From IMG/VR virus record IMGVR_UViG_3300046471_000128, positions 1-64,000 of that record: 64,000 nt of DNA; one strand, given 5' to 3'. Position 1 is the first letter of the stretch. Every line of letters starts with the position of its first letter. The notes beneath the pieces are model-generated. The model was not told where the DNA came from, did not search any database, and saw only the letters and a list, made by a program, of their open reading frames with translations. The stretch is from a virus. Below, piece after piece: positions 1 to 9,950 of the stretch. Made by a program: the position numbers and the translations under genes.

Positions 1-2
1 GT

Positions 3-107
3 CTTGAGGCGCTCTGACCAGACGCGGCCCAGGCGGAAGGTGTTGAAAACAGAAACGCCGTCGAGCCCTTCGGCCGGCGGCGCAAATTCGATCACATGTT
101 GTTCCAT
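3..107 (-). CDS. Hypothetical phage protein, N-terminal part only (runs off the window)
   Basis: Hand translation MEQHVIEFAPPAEGLDGVSVFNTFRLGRVWSERLK with a GAGG RBS; not in the ORF track. Confidence 0.6.
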   Translation of the reverse strand, partial: MEQHVIEFAPPAEGLDGVSVFNTFRLGRVWSERLK

Positions 108-158
108 CGTTGCCTCACTATTGGTTCACCTGCAACCAAGTATAGTAAGGCGCGATGC

Positions 159-1220
159 TTAGGCTGCAGCAGCCGGTGCGGGCGGTGCCGCGACTGCCGG
201 ATAGTGCGCCGGGTAGAGGACGTTCAACAGAACCGGCTTGAGGCCGGCCTTGTCGATCATGTCGGCGAGCTGACCCGGCGGGTAGCTGCTACCGTTCACC
301 CACTCGATGCGGCCGGTGGAAAGCTTTTTGAGCTTGCCCACATTGACCGCATGATCCAGCAGCGAGAGCGTCAGATTGACCGCCGTCATCCCGTCATCCT
401 GGAACTGCAGGCGCAGATCGACCTCTTGACGCGGACGCGAGAGCTTGTTCTTCTTCGTCTCGACGCCCATCAGCTGTCCGACGATCTCATCCTTGCCGTT
501 GACCTTGGCGCGAACGAACTTCTTGCCAAGGGCGAGGCGCATCGTCGCGTAGAACTCGAACGACGAGCCGCCCGGCGTGGTCGTAGGATCACCGTAGACG
601 ACGCCCGGCTTCGTGCGAATCTGGTTCAGGTAGACGATGGTCAGGTTGAACTCCGCCGCCTTCTGGTTGACCGCCTTGATCGTCGTCGAGGACACGCGGG
701 CGAGCGCCGTGGTGTCGTTCATCGAGTATTCGCCGATGCCCTTCTCCCACACGGACTTCGGGATCATCGCGGCGACCGAATCGAACACGCACACGATCGG
801 CGCGAGCGCATCGAGCTTCTTGCTCTTGCGAATCGCCTCTGCCGCCTGCAGGGCCATCGTGTTCGATTCCTCCCATGTCGGCGGGCGCTTGTAGATGAAG
901 AACGGGAAGTTCGGATTCAGGCCGCTGCGCTCAGCGAACGGCTGCTGGAACGTCAGTTCGTGGTCCATGAACATCGCGACGCCACCGGCTTTCTGCGCGG
1001 CGACCATGATCTGCGTGGCAAGCCACGTCTTGCCCGAACTCGACGGCCCGAAGATTTCAACGATACGCCCGATCGGGATACCGCCATTCTTCGGATCGCC
1101 CGTGAGAATCTCGTTCAGCGGCTCGTAGCCGGTGTCAATGTAGCCCGGCACCTCCAGCTCGTCGTCATTGGCGCCCACTGCGCCCATGATTGCTTTTGCC
1201 AGATCGTCTACTGCACTCAT
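159..1220 (-). CDS. recA: RecA/UvsX-family recombinase
   Basis: GIPIGRIVEIFGPSSSGKT (Walker A), VFDSVAAM (Walker B), NQIRTKPGVVYGDPTTTPGG, KNKL. Confidence 0.95.
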   Translation of the reverse strand: MSAVDDLAKAIMGAVGANDDELEVPGYIDTGYEPLNEILTGDPKNGGIPIGRIVEIFGPSSSGKTWLATQIMVAAQKAGGVAMFMDHELTFQQPFAERSGLNPNFPFFIYKRPPTWEESNTMALQAAEAIRKSKKLDALAPIVCVFDSVAAMIPKSVWEKGIGEYSMNDTTALARVSSTTIKAVNQKAAEFNLTIVYLNQIRTKPGVVYGDPTTTPGGSSFEFYATMRLALGKKFVRAKVNGKDEIVGQLMGVETKKNKLSRPRQEVDLRLQFQDDGMTAVNLTLSLLDHAVNVGKLKKLSTGRIEWVNGSSYPPGQLADMIDKAGLKPVLLNVLYPAHYPAVAAPPAPAAAA

Positions 1221-1244
1221 GTGTTACTCCTAGTTTGTGGATGC

Positions 1245-2183
1245 TTACGCTGCTGCGCGGGTTTGGCGCGCGGCCCAGCGTTCGCGAAACGGTTTCAAAA
1301 TGTGATCCCACTCGCGCAGAATCGAGTTGAAGACGAGGCGTTCACACAGCGCGCGAAAGGCTGTTTCGTTGAGCGCGCCTTGCGTGATCGTCGACTTGGC
1401 GGGGTCCGGGTGCGGCTGATCGAGCAGGTTCATCAACTGCATGTTCCTGTCCCAATTGCGCCGCGACTCGCCCTTCCAGAGCTCGACGTGTTTCTTGAGC
1501 TTCGGCACGAACTCGCCCGAGTCGCACATCGCCCGGAACTTCTCCATCGAGCGGAACTGCGCCATGAATTCGGGCGCCCCGGTCTTGCCGATGCCGCCCG
1601 CTGGCGGAATGTCGTCGGTCGAATCCCCGATCAGCGCCTTGCCTTCGATGTATTCGCGCGGGCTGAAGTAGCCGGTCTTCTCGAAGAAGTCCTGCAGGTT
1701 GACGTGGATGCCCGCCTTGCGCGGGTCGAACCACCGGCAGCGCTCGTTGACGAGTTGCAGCCAGTCGGAGTCGCCCGTGACGAGCAGCACTTCGTCCTTC
1801 GCGGTGAGGCGCGGCACGAAGTAGCCCGCGAGGTCATCGGCTTCGAGCGCGCTGTTGACCATCTGCGGCACGCCGAGCAGGTCGAGCGCTTTCTTGATCC
1901 AGGGCACCTGCGCTTCGTATGCCGCGCGGTCTGCCGCCTTCACCGGATCGACCAGCGCGTCCTTGCGCTTGACCTTGTAGCCGGGGTGAATCGCGTAGCG
2001 GTGATCCGCCCTCCCATCCCATAGGACCAGCAGCTGCCAGCCCGGGTAGTCGCGACACAGTGCCCCGACCGTGCGCAGAAACCCGAAGATGGCTTGTGTC
2101 TGGAATGTGCCGACGGTCAGCTTGGTCGCGGCGTGCGAGGCCCGCCCTACTGAATTCGCGTCGATCAAAATAGTGGAAGTCAT
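1245..2183 (-). CDS. 5'-3' exonuclease / flap endonuclease (PolI N-terminal / phage RNase H-like)
   Basis: LIDANS, WDG, YK..R, EADD, TGDSD and GDSTDDIP..GGIG (H3TH) motifs. Confidence 0.92.
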   Translation of the reverse strand: MTSTILIDANSVGRASHAATKLTVGTFQTQAIFGFLRTVGALCRDYPGWQLLVLWDGRADHRYAIHPGYKVKRKDALVDPVKAADRAAYEAQVPWIKKALDLLGVPQMVNSALEADDLAGYFVPRLTAKDEVLLVTGDSDWLQLVNERCRWFDPRKAGIHVNLQDFFEKTGYFSPREYIEGKALIGDSTDDIPPAGGIGKTGAPEFMAQFRSMEKFRAMCDSGEFVPKLKKHVELWKGESRRNWDRNMQLMNLLDQPHPDPAKSTITQGALNETAFRALCERLVFNSILREWDHILKPFRERWAARQTRAAA

Positions 2184-2197
2184 CGAACCCTCTGAAT

Positions 2198-2229
2198 AAA
2201 AAGCGGCAGGGTGTGAGCCCCGCCGCTTT
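2198..2229 (-). terminator. Rho-independent terminator after SSB
   Basis: Minus strand AAAGCGGCGGGG-CTCAC-ACCCTGCCGCTTTTT hairpin with U-tract. Confidence 0.75.
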
Positions 2230-2250
2230 CGTTGTCACATCAGGCTTCGA

Positions 2251-3285
2251 TTACAGGCCCGCGAGCAGAGCGTCGAGCTCCGGGTCACCCGTGCCGGCGG
2301 CTGCTGCCGGTGCGGGTGCTGCAACTGCTGCCGGGGCCACCGCGGCGGCGGGAGCCACCTGAGCAACCGCGACGGGCTGCGCGGCGACCGGTGCGGTAGC
2401 CACTGCTGCGACCGCCGCCGGTGCAACTTCGACCGGGGCAACGGCCACCGCTGCGACAGCGGCCGGAGCCACCGTTGCTGCGGCTGCAGCGTTTGCGAGC
2501 GCGCCGATGTCGAGCGTCTCATCGACTTCCCACGCCGGCGGCGCAGGCTGCGCTGCATACGGGCTTGCGACCGCGCCCGCTGCCGGTGCGTAGCCCAGCG
2601 TCGGGGTGTTCGACGGCGGCGGCAGACCTGCTACCGAACGCACCGAAGCCAGCGCGCGCTGTTGTGCTTGCTCGTTTTCCTGCAGCACGTAGGCGTCGAG
2701 GTCGCACAGCTTCGTGAGCGCATCGGCCGGAACCGGCTTCGAGGCACCTGCGATCTGCACGCTGTAGGCCGTGTCCAGCCCAGCGCCCGACTTCTCGACA
2801 ATGATGTCGTTGCCGGTGTTCGGGTCGAGCATGTTGGGCCATTCGTCGAACAGGCTGATGATGCCGCCCACGCCCTTCTTGCCGTTGAACACCGTCGGCG
2901 CGACTTCGAGAATCTGCGGCACCGTCGGCTGCGGGCCGTCGAGCTCGAGGACGTTGAGCAGCACGCGACCGCTCGACTTCGCTTCCTCGACGCGCTTTTT
3001 CATCACATCGTCGGTGGACATCTGGATGCCCTGCGCAACCGCGTCGCACACTTCGCACGGACGGCCGAAGGTCTTGTCGGTGCAGATGTAGACCGCCTTC
3101 ACCTGACCGGCTGCGTCCTTGATGAAGTGCTGACCGAAGTCATGGAAGAACGTCGGGTCACCGTTCTTGCGCCAGCCCGGGAGAATCCGGTAGCGGTTGC
3201 GGCCGGCCTTCGGCTTGATCGTCTTCTGGCCGCCCGTTTGGGCTTTGCGCTTTGCGAGGAGGTCCATCAGGCTTTGAGTCGTCAT
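2251..3285 (-). CDS. Single-stranded DNA-binding protein, T4 gp32-like
   Basis: RYRILP, H...C...CxxC Zn ligands, DPNTGNDI, Ala/Pro linker, acidic tail ELDALLAGL. Confidence 0.8.
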   Translation of the reverse strand: MTTQSLMDLLAKRKAQTGGQKTIKPKAGRNRYRILPGWRKNGDPTFFHDFGQHFIKDAAGQVKAVYICTDKTFGRPCEVCDAVAQGIQMSTDDVMKKRVEEAKSSGRVLLNVLELDGPQPTVPQILEVAPTVFNGKKGVGGIISLFDEWPNMLDPNTGNDIIVEKSGAGLDTAYSVQIAGASKPVPADALTKLCDLDAYVLQENEQAQQRALASVRSVAGLPPPSNTPTLGYAPAAGAVASPYAAQPAPPAWEVDETLDIGALANAAAAATVAPAAVAAVAVAPVEVAPAAVAAVATAPVAAQPVAVAQVAPAAAVAPAAVAAPAPAAAAGTGDPELDALLAGL

Positions 3286-3421
3286 AGTTTTGTTCCGTAA
3301 GTGGTTGGTTAGTCACAGGTTTGCGGGCGATCCTTTGCGTGTCTGTGTGCATCGTTTCGCCCTGCATCATCAATTATAGTAATTGCTGACTTATCCTATG
3401 CGTTAAAGATTGAAGATCCTG

Positions 3422-4087
3422 TCAGGCAGCTTGACGACGTGCCGCTTCGGCGGCGAGCGCGGCTTCACGGCCCGACTGCACCGCGTTCTCAGCACCCTGT
3501 GCGGCTTGGATCCGAAGCTGGCCCTCACGCTCGCGACGGCGATCGACGCTGATCTGCACGATCATGTCCTTGCGCTGCATGTAGGCTTCACGCGCGTCGT
3601 TCGCGATGTCGTAGAGCGCACGCGCCTCGATCACCTGCGTGTGGGCCTTGATGTAGCGCGGATCGCTCTTGACCGCGTTCTCCACCACCTTCTCGGTGAC
3701 CTTCGTGCCGTCCTCGAGGAATTTCTTGCGCCAGGCCGAGTCCAGCTGCGATTCGGTCACCTCGGCGGCGAGCTTGCTCTTGTCCCACTGCCGGCGAGCC
3801 TGCGCGGCTTGCTGGGCGTAGTGCACGAACATCGGCGCCTGGCTGATCACCGCGTCGTCCAGGTCGTTCGGGTTGACGGCCAGATCCTTCTTCAGCTGCG
3901 CCACATCGACGAACACCTTCAGGCCCGAGGCGGTGGGCTCTGGCGCTTTGGCGGCGGGCGCCGCGTTCGCCGTGTTGGTCGCGACGACGGCGGTTGCCGG
4001 TGTCTCGATCCGATGCGCGACCGTCGGCGTGTTCAGGTCACCGACCAGTGCGGCCATTTCTTCGACGGAGAGGGTATCGTTGCTCAT
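3422..4087 (-). CDS. UvsY-like recombination mediator
   Basis: Helical protein (LKKDLAVN...KSDP...QRKDMI) recalling T4 UvsY; next to SSB and RecA. Start moved to ATG 4087. Confidence 0.6.
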   Translation of the reverse strand: MSNDTLSVEEMAALVGDLNTPTVAHRIETPATAVVATNTANAAPAAKAPEPTASGLKVFVDVAQLKKDLAVNPNDLDDAVISQAPMFVHYAQQAAQARRQWDKSKLAAEVTESQLDSAWRKKFLEDGTKVTEKVVENAVKSDPRYIKAHTQVIEARALYDIANDAREAYMQRKDMIVQISVDRRREREGQLRIQAAQGAENAVQSGREAALAAEAARRQAA

Positions 4088-4097
4088 GAGTGTTCCT

Positions 4098-7000
4098 TTA
4101 GTTGATGAGGTCGGCCACTTTCGCGGCCACAGTTTGCAAAATCGAATACTTGCCCGGGTCGTGGAAGATTTGACCCGGGTTGATGCCAAAAACGATCGAT
4201 GCGTCGAGCTTCGGATCGAAGATCACCTTGCCCGCGAGCTCCGTGCTGCCGCCCTTCACACCCGGCGCGAAGAAGCGCGCGGCGTTGCTCCCGAGCGTCA
4301 CGACCACCGGCGGCTTGAGGATCTCAAGCTCGCGCTTCAGATACTCGCCACAGTTGTTAAGTTGTTCATTCGTGAGCGTTTTCTGGTCGCGCGGCTTGCC
4401 GCTCTTCACCAGCGTCGTGAAGTAGCCGTCCTGTGCAGAGAGGCCCGCTTCCTTCAGCGCGTTGATGACGAGCTTCGCGTTGTCGCCCTCCAAGAGCCTG
4501 CCCGCCTTCTCCTCCTGCCAGTTCGGGTTGTCCGACACAACCATGAACTTCGGCGTCTTCCCGATGCGGGGCATCGGGTGACAGCCGCCCTTGAGCGAGC
4601 ACTTGTCGCATGAGGTCGCTTCCTCTGCGATGCGCACCAGTTGCAGCAAGGCGAGCTTCTCAGCGTTGAGCGATCTGTCAGCTTTCACAGTATCGACCGT
4701 GAAACCCGGCAGTAGCTCGATGCGTGACTTGAGCCGATCAGGGTGCATCGCAGGCACTTTGTCGCCCTCGCACTCGGCGAACGCCCCGATCACGATCAGC
4801 TTGTCCTTGACCGACTGGTTGATGTGGCGCCCGGTGTAGTCCGCAGCCTTCAGCGCCGCGTCCAGGTCCGTGCGGTTCTCGAATGGCTTGCCCCACTTCG
4901 TGCGCGCGTCTACGATATAACCCGCTGCCTTCTCGGATAAACCCTTGAGCGCCTGGAACGGGGCGTAGAGCTTGTCCTCGCCCACGATCTCAACCCGGGC
5001 GCTTGACCGGTTTATATCGGGCGGCAACACCTGCATATTCATGCGCCGGGCATCCATCACGAGAGGCTCGCGCTTCTCTTCTTTGTCAATTTCAGTGAGC
5101 GACGCCGCGAAGAACTCGGCCGGATAGTTGACCTTCAGCCACATCGTCCACCAGCTGATCACCGCATACTCGACGGAGTGTGATTTGTTGAAGGCGTAGC
5201 CTGCGAACACCTCGATCTTGTCGAACAGTGCGTTGGCCGAGCCTTCAGTCATGCCCGAGTGCGACACGCAACCGGCCACCCACTTGTCGCGCATTTCGGC
5301 CATCTTCTCCTTGTCCTTCTTGCCCATTGCTTTCCGCAAATGGTCGGCGCCCGCGAACGTGAAGCCCGCCAAGTCCCGCGCGATCTGCATCACCTGCTCC
5401 TGATACACGATCACCCCGTAGGTGTCCTTGAGCGCGGGGGCCATGTTCGGGTGCTCGTAATACGGTGACTTGGCGCCCTGCTTGATTGCCACATAGTCGT
5501 CGCACAGGCCCGCGTCGAGCGGACCCGGGCGGTAGAGTGCGACCACGGCGACCAGATCGTCGAATGTCACGGTGCCCGCGAGCGCCATTTCGCGCAGCAA
5601 GCGCCGCATGCCCGGTGACTCGAACTGGAACACACCCGTGGTGTCGCCCCGCCCGAATGCCTCCAGCACACGCTTGTCGTCGAGCGGCAGCCGCAGGAAG
5701 TCGACCGCACGTCCGTGCCGCTCCTTGATGTAGGTCGAGGCGAGCTTCATCACGTCGAGGTTGGTCAGACCCAAGATGTCCATCTTGATCAGCCCGAAGT
5801 CCTCGACCGTGCGCTTATCCCAATTGCACACCGGCCCGCCCGTGCGGGTTTCGACCACGGCCCGGTTGATGATCGGCTCGCCCGCGACGATCACACCAGC
5901 GGCGTGCTGCCCGAGCCCGCGCGCCGCGCCTTCGAGGTTCACCATGTGTTTCCAGAGGCCCGGGTAGGTGCCTTTGAACTTGTCGATCTCCGGCACCACT
6001 GCGGCGGACTCCTCGAGCGAGAGCGCGACCCCGTGCTGCTTCTCCATCTGCTTCGAGCAGGCGTAGTCGAACGGGTTGAGCTCGTGGACCCGGCTCGTGT
6101 CACGCATCACGCCCGCGGCGCCCATCGTGTTGTAGTTCGAGACGCCTGCGACGTTCTCGCGCCCGAAGTGCTCGGCGATGTAGTCGATCACCTCGTGTCG
6201 GCGCTTACTCATGAAGTCGAGGTCGGCGTCGGGCAAGTCGAGACGCTCCGGATTGATGAAGCGCTCGAACAGCAGGTTGAAGCGGATCGGATCGACGTCG
6301 GTGATTCCCATCAGGTAGGCGACGAGGGAACCGCCAACGCTCCCACGGCCGGGACCGACCAAAATTCCGTTGTCCTTACTCCATTGCACGATGTGCTGCA
6401 CCAGCAGGAAGTAGCCGGAGAACCCCATGTTGCGCAGCGTGTCGAGCTCGTAGGCAAGCCGCGCTTTGTATTCAGGCAGGTCGGCGGCGGCAGGCTGGTG
6501 CCCGAGCACGGGCGCGGCGAACCGCAACGCCCATCCCTTCGCGACCTCGGCGCAGAGCGCCTTGAACTCGTCGGGTGCCATCTTCGGCAGGCTCGGCTCG
6601 AGCTTCTTGAACGCGTAGGTGCAGGAGTCTACGAGCGCCTGGTTGCCGTCGATGATGAGCTTGGCCGGTAGACCCTGTGCGACGCACGCCTTCACCATGT
6701 CGGCGGGCGGCTTGATGCAGTAGTCGCGCACGTAGGGCTTGTTCAGCCACCGGTCGGTCATCTTGTTGTTGCCGATGATCGCGCGCAGCACGTCGAGCGA
6801 GTCCGCTTCGTCGGGCGTCGCATAGAGCGCGGGCCAGGTGCCGATCGGCGTAGCGATGAAGCGACCGAGGCAGTGCCACGCGAGGTCATTCAGACGCTTG
6901 TGCAGCGGCGTGCCGCCGGGCACGAATTCCACGTAGAAGTGCTTGCCGAAGTGTTCGCTGAGACGATACGCGATCTCCTCCCAACGTTTGTGGTGGAACA

Positions 7001-7442
7001 GGCCGTAGAAGTCGCCCGTCGAGATCGCACACCCTTCCAGCTGAAGGATATCTTCCAGCCCCACCCGGGAGTGGTAGTAGAAGTATTCCGGTGAGTTGCC
7101 CTTGGAGAGCAGCTTCATCAGCGAGCGCAGGCCCGCGTCCGTCTGCGCGTAGACCTTCAGCGTGATCAAAGGATTGGGCTTGTCCTCGTGCGTTTCGCCC
7201 TTCTTCGGCTTGCGGTAGGTCGGATCATCGACCACGCGCACGGTGCAGCCGATGATCGGCTTGATGCCCGCTTTCTTCGCCTTGTCGCTGAACGCGACCA
7301 TGTTGGAGATGGTCATGTTGTCGACTAAGGCGACCGACTCATAACCGAGTTCCTTCGCCTTGTCGACCAGTTTGCCGACCTGCAGCGTGGATTCCCCCAT
7401 CGAGAAATCGCTCCGCGCGGCCAGGAGGTGTTTAATGTTCAT
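4098..7442 (-). CDS. dnaE: DNA polymerase III alpha (DnaE) with a C-terminal uracil-DNA-glycosylase family-4-like domain
   Basis: GPGRGSVGGSLVAY, LLFERFINPER..PDADLDF, KMDILGL, GVFQFES, YAFNKSH; C-terminal CDKC...LKRELEILKPPVVVTLG. Confidence 0.95.
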   Translation of the reverse strand: MNIKHLLAARSDFSMGESTLQVGKLVDKAKELGYESVALVDNMTISNMVAFSDKAKKAGIKPIIGCTVRVVDDPTYRKPKKGETHEDKPNPLITLKVYAQTDAGLRSLMKLLSKGNSPEYFYYHSRVGLEDILQLEGCAISTGDFYGLFHHKRWEEIAYRLSEHFGKHFYVEFVPGGTPLHKRLNDLAWHCLGRFIATPIGTWPALYATPDEADSLDVLRAIIGNNKMTDRWLNKPYVRDYCIKPPADMVKACVAQGLPAKLIIDGNQALVDSCTYAFKKLEPSLPKMAPDEFKALCAEVAKGWALRFAAPVLGHQPAAADLPEYKARLAYELDTLRNMGFSGYFLLVQHIVQWSKDNGILVGPGRGSVGGSLVAYLMGITDVDPIRFNLLFERFINPERLDLPDADLDFMSKRRHEVIDYIAEHFGRENVAGVSNYNTMGAAGVMRDTSRVHELNPFDYACSKQMEKQHGVALSLEESAAVVPEIDKFKGTYPGLWKHMVNLEGAARGLGQHAAGVIVAGEPIINRAVVETRTGGPVCNWDKRTVEDFGLIKMDILGLTNLDVMKLASTYIKERHGRAVDFLRLPLDDKRVLEAFGRGDTTGVFQFESPGMRRLLREMALAGTVTFDDLVAVVALYRPGPLDAGLCDDYVAIKQGAKSPYYEHPNMAPALKDTYGVIVYQEQVMQIARDLAGFTFAGADHLRKAMGKKDKEKMAEMRDKWVAGCVSHSGMTEGSANALFDKIEVFAGYAFNKSHSVEYAVISWWTMWLKVNYPAEFFAASLTEIDKEEKREPLVMDARRMNMQVLPPDINRSSARVEIVGEDKLYAPFQALKGLSEKAAGYIVDARTKWGKPFENRTDLDAALKAADYTGRHINQSVKDKLIVIGAFAECEGDKVPAMHPDRLKSRIELLPGFTVDTVKADRSLNAEKLALLQLVRIAEEATSCDKCSLKGGCHPMPRIGKTPKFMVVSDNPNWQEEKAGRLLEGDNAKLVINALKEAGLSAQDGYFTTLVKSGKPRDQKTLTNEQLNNCGEYLKRELEILKPPVVVTLGSNAARFFAPGVKGGSTELAGKVIFDPKLDASIVFGINPGQIFHDPGKYSILQTVAAKVADLIN

Positions 7443-7466
7443 GCGCCCTTTCCCTTATGTGTGACG

Positions 7467-8081
7467 TCAATTTTTCCCGACGATGCTTGGCGCGCGAATG
7501 ATGCGGTTACCCGCCGCCGTCGCGAGCCGCAGCGCGGGCAGGACCGCGGCGACGACCGACACGCGCGAGAACGCGGTGCCTTCGCCCCAGCCAAACTCCT
7601 TGATGTAGCGCTCGCGCAGTTCAGCCTTCGTGAAGCCGCCGGCAAGCAGGCCCTCACCCGCCAGCTGGAGCCAGCGTGGCGTGGTGGTGTCAAATGGGTT
7701 GCGGTCGTTGGCGAGGCTGTAGCGCGCCTTCACGTCCGCGCCGCGCGTGAGCAGCGGCTTGAGGATCTTGGCGGCGTTCACCGGGAGCCGATCGAGCGTG
7801 CTTTGCATGTGGGCATCGACCGAGAGGTTCACGCTGAGCGCGGCACGCGCGGGCGCCGCAATGGTGGTTTCGACGGTGGTCGCGGGGAGCGATTGGGCGA
7901 TCACGACTTTTGCCGTGCGCTCAAGCTGCGCCAGGTTGCCGCTCACGTCCATCTTGTCGGAGAGCGACACGAGCAACTGGTGGCAGGCCGGCACGCACTG
8001 CTCGCGGCTTGTGCACGATACGCAGGCGGGCGAAGACGCGACGAACACCGAGGGCAAGCCAAAGCAGCTTGGGTGGGTCAT
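7467..8081 (-). CDS. Hypothetical protein with an N-terminal Cys cluster
   Basis: CFG...CVSC...C...C; coupled to the upstream sigma-like gene. Confidence 0.7.
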   Translation of the reverse strand: MTHPSCFGLPSVFVASSPACVSCTSREQCVPACHQLLVSLSDKMDVSGNLAQLERTAKVVIAQSLPATTVETTIAAPARAALSVNLSVDAHMQSTLDRLPVNAAKILKPLLTRGADVKARYSLANDRNPFDTTTPRWLQLAGEGLLAGGFTKAELRERYIKEFGWGEGTAFSRVSVVAAVLPALRLATAAGNRIIRAPSIVGKN

Positions 8082-8728
8082 TACAGTGTCACCCCGTAGA
8101 TGCGCTCCAGCTCGGCCTTGACGCCCGCCTTGTTCGTGATTTCGAGGAAGTTGAAAATCACGTTCAGGTTGATATTCACGATCCGCTTCATGCCGCGCGC
8201 GTTGTGCGCCTCGACAAAGACGAGCAGCTCCGGCGTGTGATGCACCAGCAGCGCGACGACGCGCTTGGCGGTGGGCGACAGGCGGCGGGCCGCGCGGTGG
8301 CTCTCCTGACGCGCCTGCAGAATCTCTTCAGGCGAATCGTGGGCATCGTCCTCCTCGTGGCCGAAGTCGCAGAATTCGAGTGCGTCGCCCGATTCATCGC
8401 CCAGCGGCCCGGTGAGCTCCTCGACGCTGACCATGCCGAGCGTGTGCCGCTCATCGATCTGGCGCTCGGCCCACTTGTTGAAGTTGTTCCAGCACGAGCG
8501 CCCGTAATACGCGCCAAAGCTGAACCCGGTGCTCGGATCGTATTTGCTCTGGCACATGACGAAGCTCTCGCACATGAACTGGAACACGTCCTCATACGGC
8601 AGGGTCACCCCTGCCTCCAGCAACCGGCCCCAGCCGCGCTTTGCGAGTTTGTGCAGCATCCCGGTGTGGTCCTCGAAACGGGTCGAGGTGGACTTTTTGA
8701 CGATTGAGGCTTGGGCCGATTGCAGCAT
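8081..8728 (-). CDS. RNA polymerase sigma-factor-like protein
   Basis: Region-2-like EDVFQ...KYDPSTGFSFGAY. Start moved to ATG 8728 with an AGGA RBS. Confidence 0.7.
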   Translation of the reverse strand: MLQSAQASIVKKSTSTRFEDHTGMLHKLAKRGWGRLLEAGVTLPYEDVFQFMCESFVMCQSKYDPSTGFSFGAYYGRSCWNNFNKWAERQIDERHTLGMVSVEELTGPLGDESGDALEFCDFGHEEDDAHDSPEEILQARQESHRAARRLSPTAKRVVALLVHHTPELLVFVEAHNARGMKRIVNINLNVIFNFLEITNKAGVKAELERIYGVTL

Positions 8729-8741
8729 GATGATTCCTGGA

Positions 8742-9950
8742 TTAACCGAAAACGCGGGATGCAACGCCATCGACGACCACGCGATCGACGGCGGACAGCT
8801 TGTTGATGAAGGAGAGGGTCAGACCGGCGCGCCAGCTGCCCTTGCGAAGACCGATGTCGGCCGCGTCGATCAGGCAGCGCGGGCTGATGGTCGAGGAGAC
8901 TTCCTTGTTCTTGTAGGAATCGCGAATGCGATTGGCGAAGTCGACCAGCTTGTCGGCGTGCTCGCGCTTGACCTTCGCGCGGTTCACCAGAATCGCCGAC
9001 TCGAGCTCAGGCTTCATGTAGGTCGCCTCAAGCACCATGCCGAAACGGTCGTAGTTCGCGGCGTTCTGGATCTGCGTGCCCTGATACAGACCGGACTCGT
9101 CACCGGACCCGTTCGTGTTCCCGGTCGCGACGAAGCGGAAATTGTCGTGCGGCTTCACGACACGCCACTCTTCGGGCGCGTCTTTAATAACCAGTGACTT
9201 ACCCGGTTCGAGGATCGGTTGATACACCGCGAGCACCGCCGGCAGCCCGAAGTCGTATTCGTCGGCGAGGTAAGTCCAGCCGTTGCGCATCGCGAGCGGG
9301 AGCAGGCCCGGCTGAAACTCGGTCTGTCCGCCGCGCACGACCCACTGGCCCAGCACATGCGATTCTTCGGTGCCGATCGAGTGCTGAACCCGGATCACCG
9401 GGCGCCCGGTGCGCGCCGTGATCTGCTCGATCAGGGTGGTCTTGCCGGTTCCTGCGTGACCCCAGACGTAGAGGTTTTTCTTCAGTTCGAGCGCCATCAG
9501 GGCGTTCTTCAGGTTGTCGATGTCGAAGATGAAGCCCGGGTCCACTTCGGGCACCATTTCGGCGTGACGGGGCGAGGAGAAGATCGTCACCGGAATCACT
9601 TCCTTGCGCCCGTTCAGCGCCGCTGCGACGGGCTTTCCCGCTCCGTCAAGCAACCCGAACACTTCGTGGAGCGCGCCCGTCGTCTTGCCTTCAGGGTTCA
9701 GCGCGAGCACGTTGGCGGGCATCGCCCCGCCGGCGGCGTTCACCGTGAGCGGTGCGACAGCACCGGCGCGCTTCTTGAGTTCGGCTTCGGTCGCAAGACG
9801 TGCACGCTCGGACATCACCGGCTCGCCGGGATGCTTCGCCTGGTAGTCAGCGAGCGTCATTTCCGGGTGGGCGTCCTTCAGGTGCAGCACGATGGCGTGG
9901 GTCAGGGCACCGCATTCGGCGCAGGTGATTTTCGCGTCCAGATTGCTCAT
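8742..9950 (-). CDS. CobS/MoxR-type AAA+ ATPase with an N-terminal C2H2 (Ros/MucR-like) zinc finger
   Basis: GHAGTGKT, YLADEYD, FRFVATGN, NAANYDRF, ISPR; N-terminal CAEC...HL..AH..TLADY. ATG 9950 has a GGAGG RBS. Confidence 0.88.
   Translation of the reverse strand: MSNLDAKITCAECGALTHAIVLHLKDAHPEMTLADYQAKHPGEPVMSERARLATEAELKKRAGAVAPLTVNAAGGAMPANVLALNPEGKTTGALHEVFGLLDGAGKPVAAALNGRKEVIPVTIFSSPRHAEMVPEVDPGFIFDIDNLKNALMALELKKNLYVWGHAGTGKTTLIEQITARTGRPVIRVQHSIGTEESHVLGQWVVRGGQTEFQPGLLPLAMRNGWTYLADEYDFGLPAVLAVYQPILEPGKSLVIKDAPEEWRVVKPHDNFRFVATGNTNGSGDESGLYQGTQIQNAANYDRFGMVLEATYMKPELESAILVNRAKVKREHADKLVDFANRIRDSYKNKEVSSTISPRCLIDAADIGLRKGSWRAGLTLSFINKLSAVDRVVVDGVASRVFG

Noticed and set aside
54-82. 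GC hairpin after recA as a terminator
   Set aside because: It lies inside an open reading frame (3-107, minus) that has its own RBS.
141-162. Further copies of the 20-bp motif at about 141 and 3297
   Set aside because: Only partial half-site matches; not counted.
96-2024. 642-aa plus-strand ORF and similar long antisense ORFs (20591-22324, 34212-36329, 40011-43118, 46105-49137)
   Set aside because: Shadow ORFs opposite well-supported genes; high GC codon bias suppresses antisense stops; no motifs.
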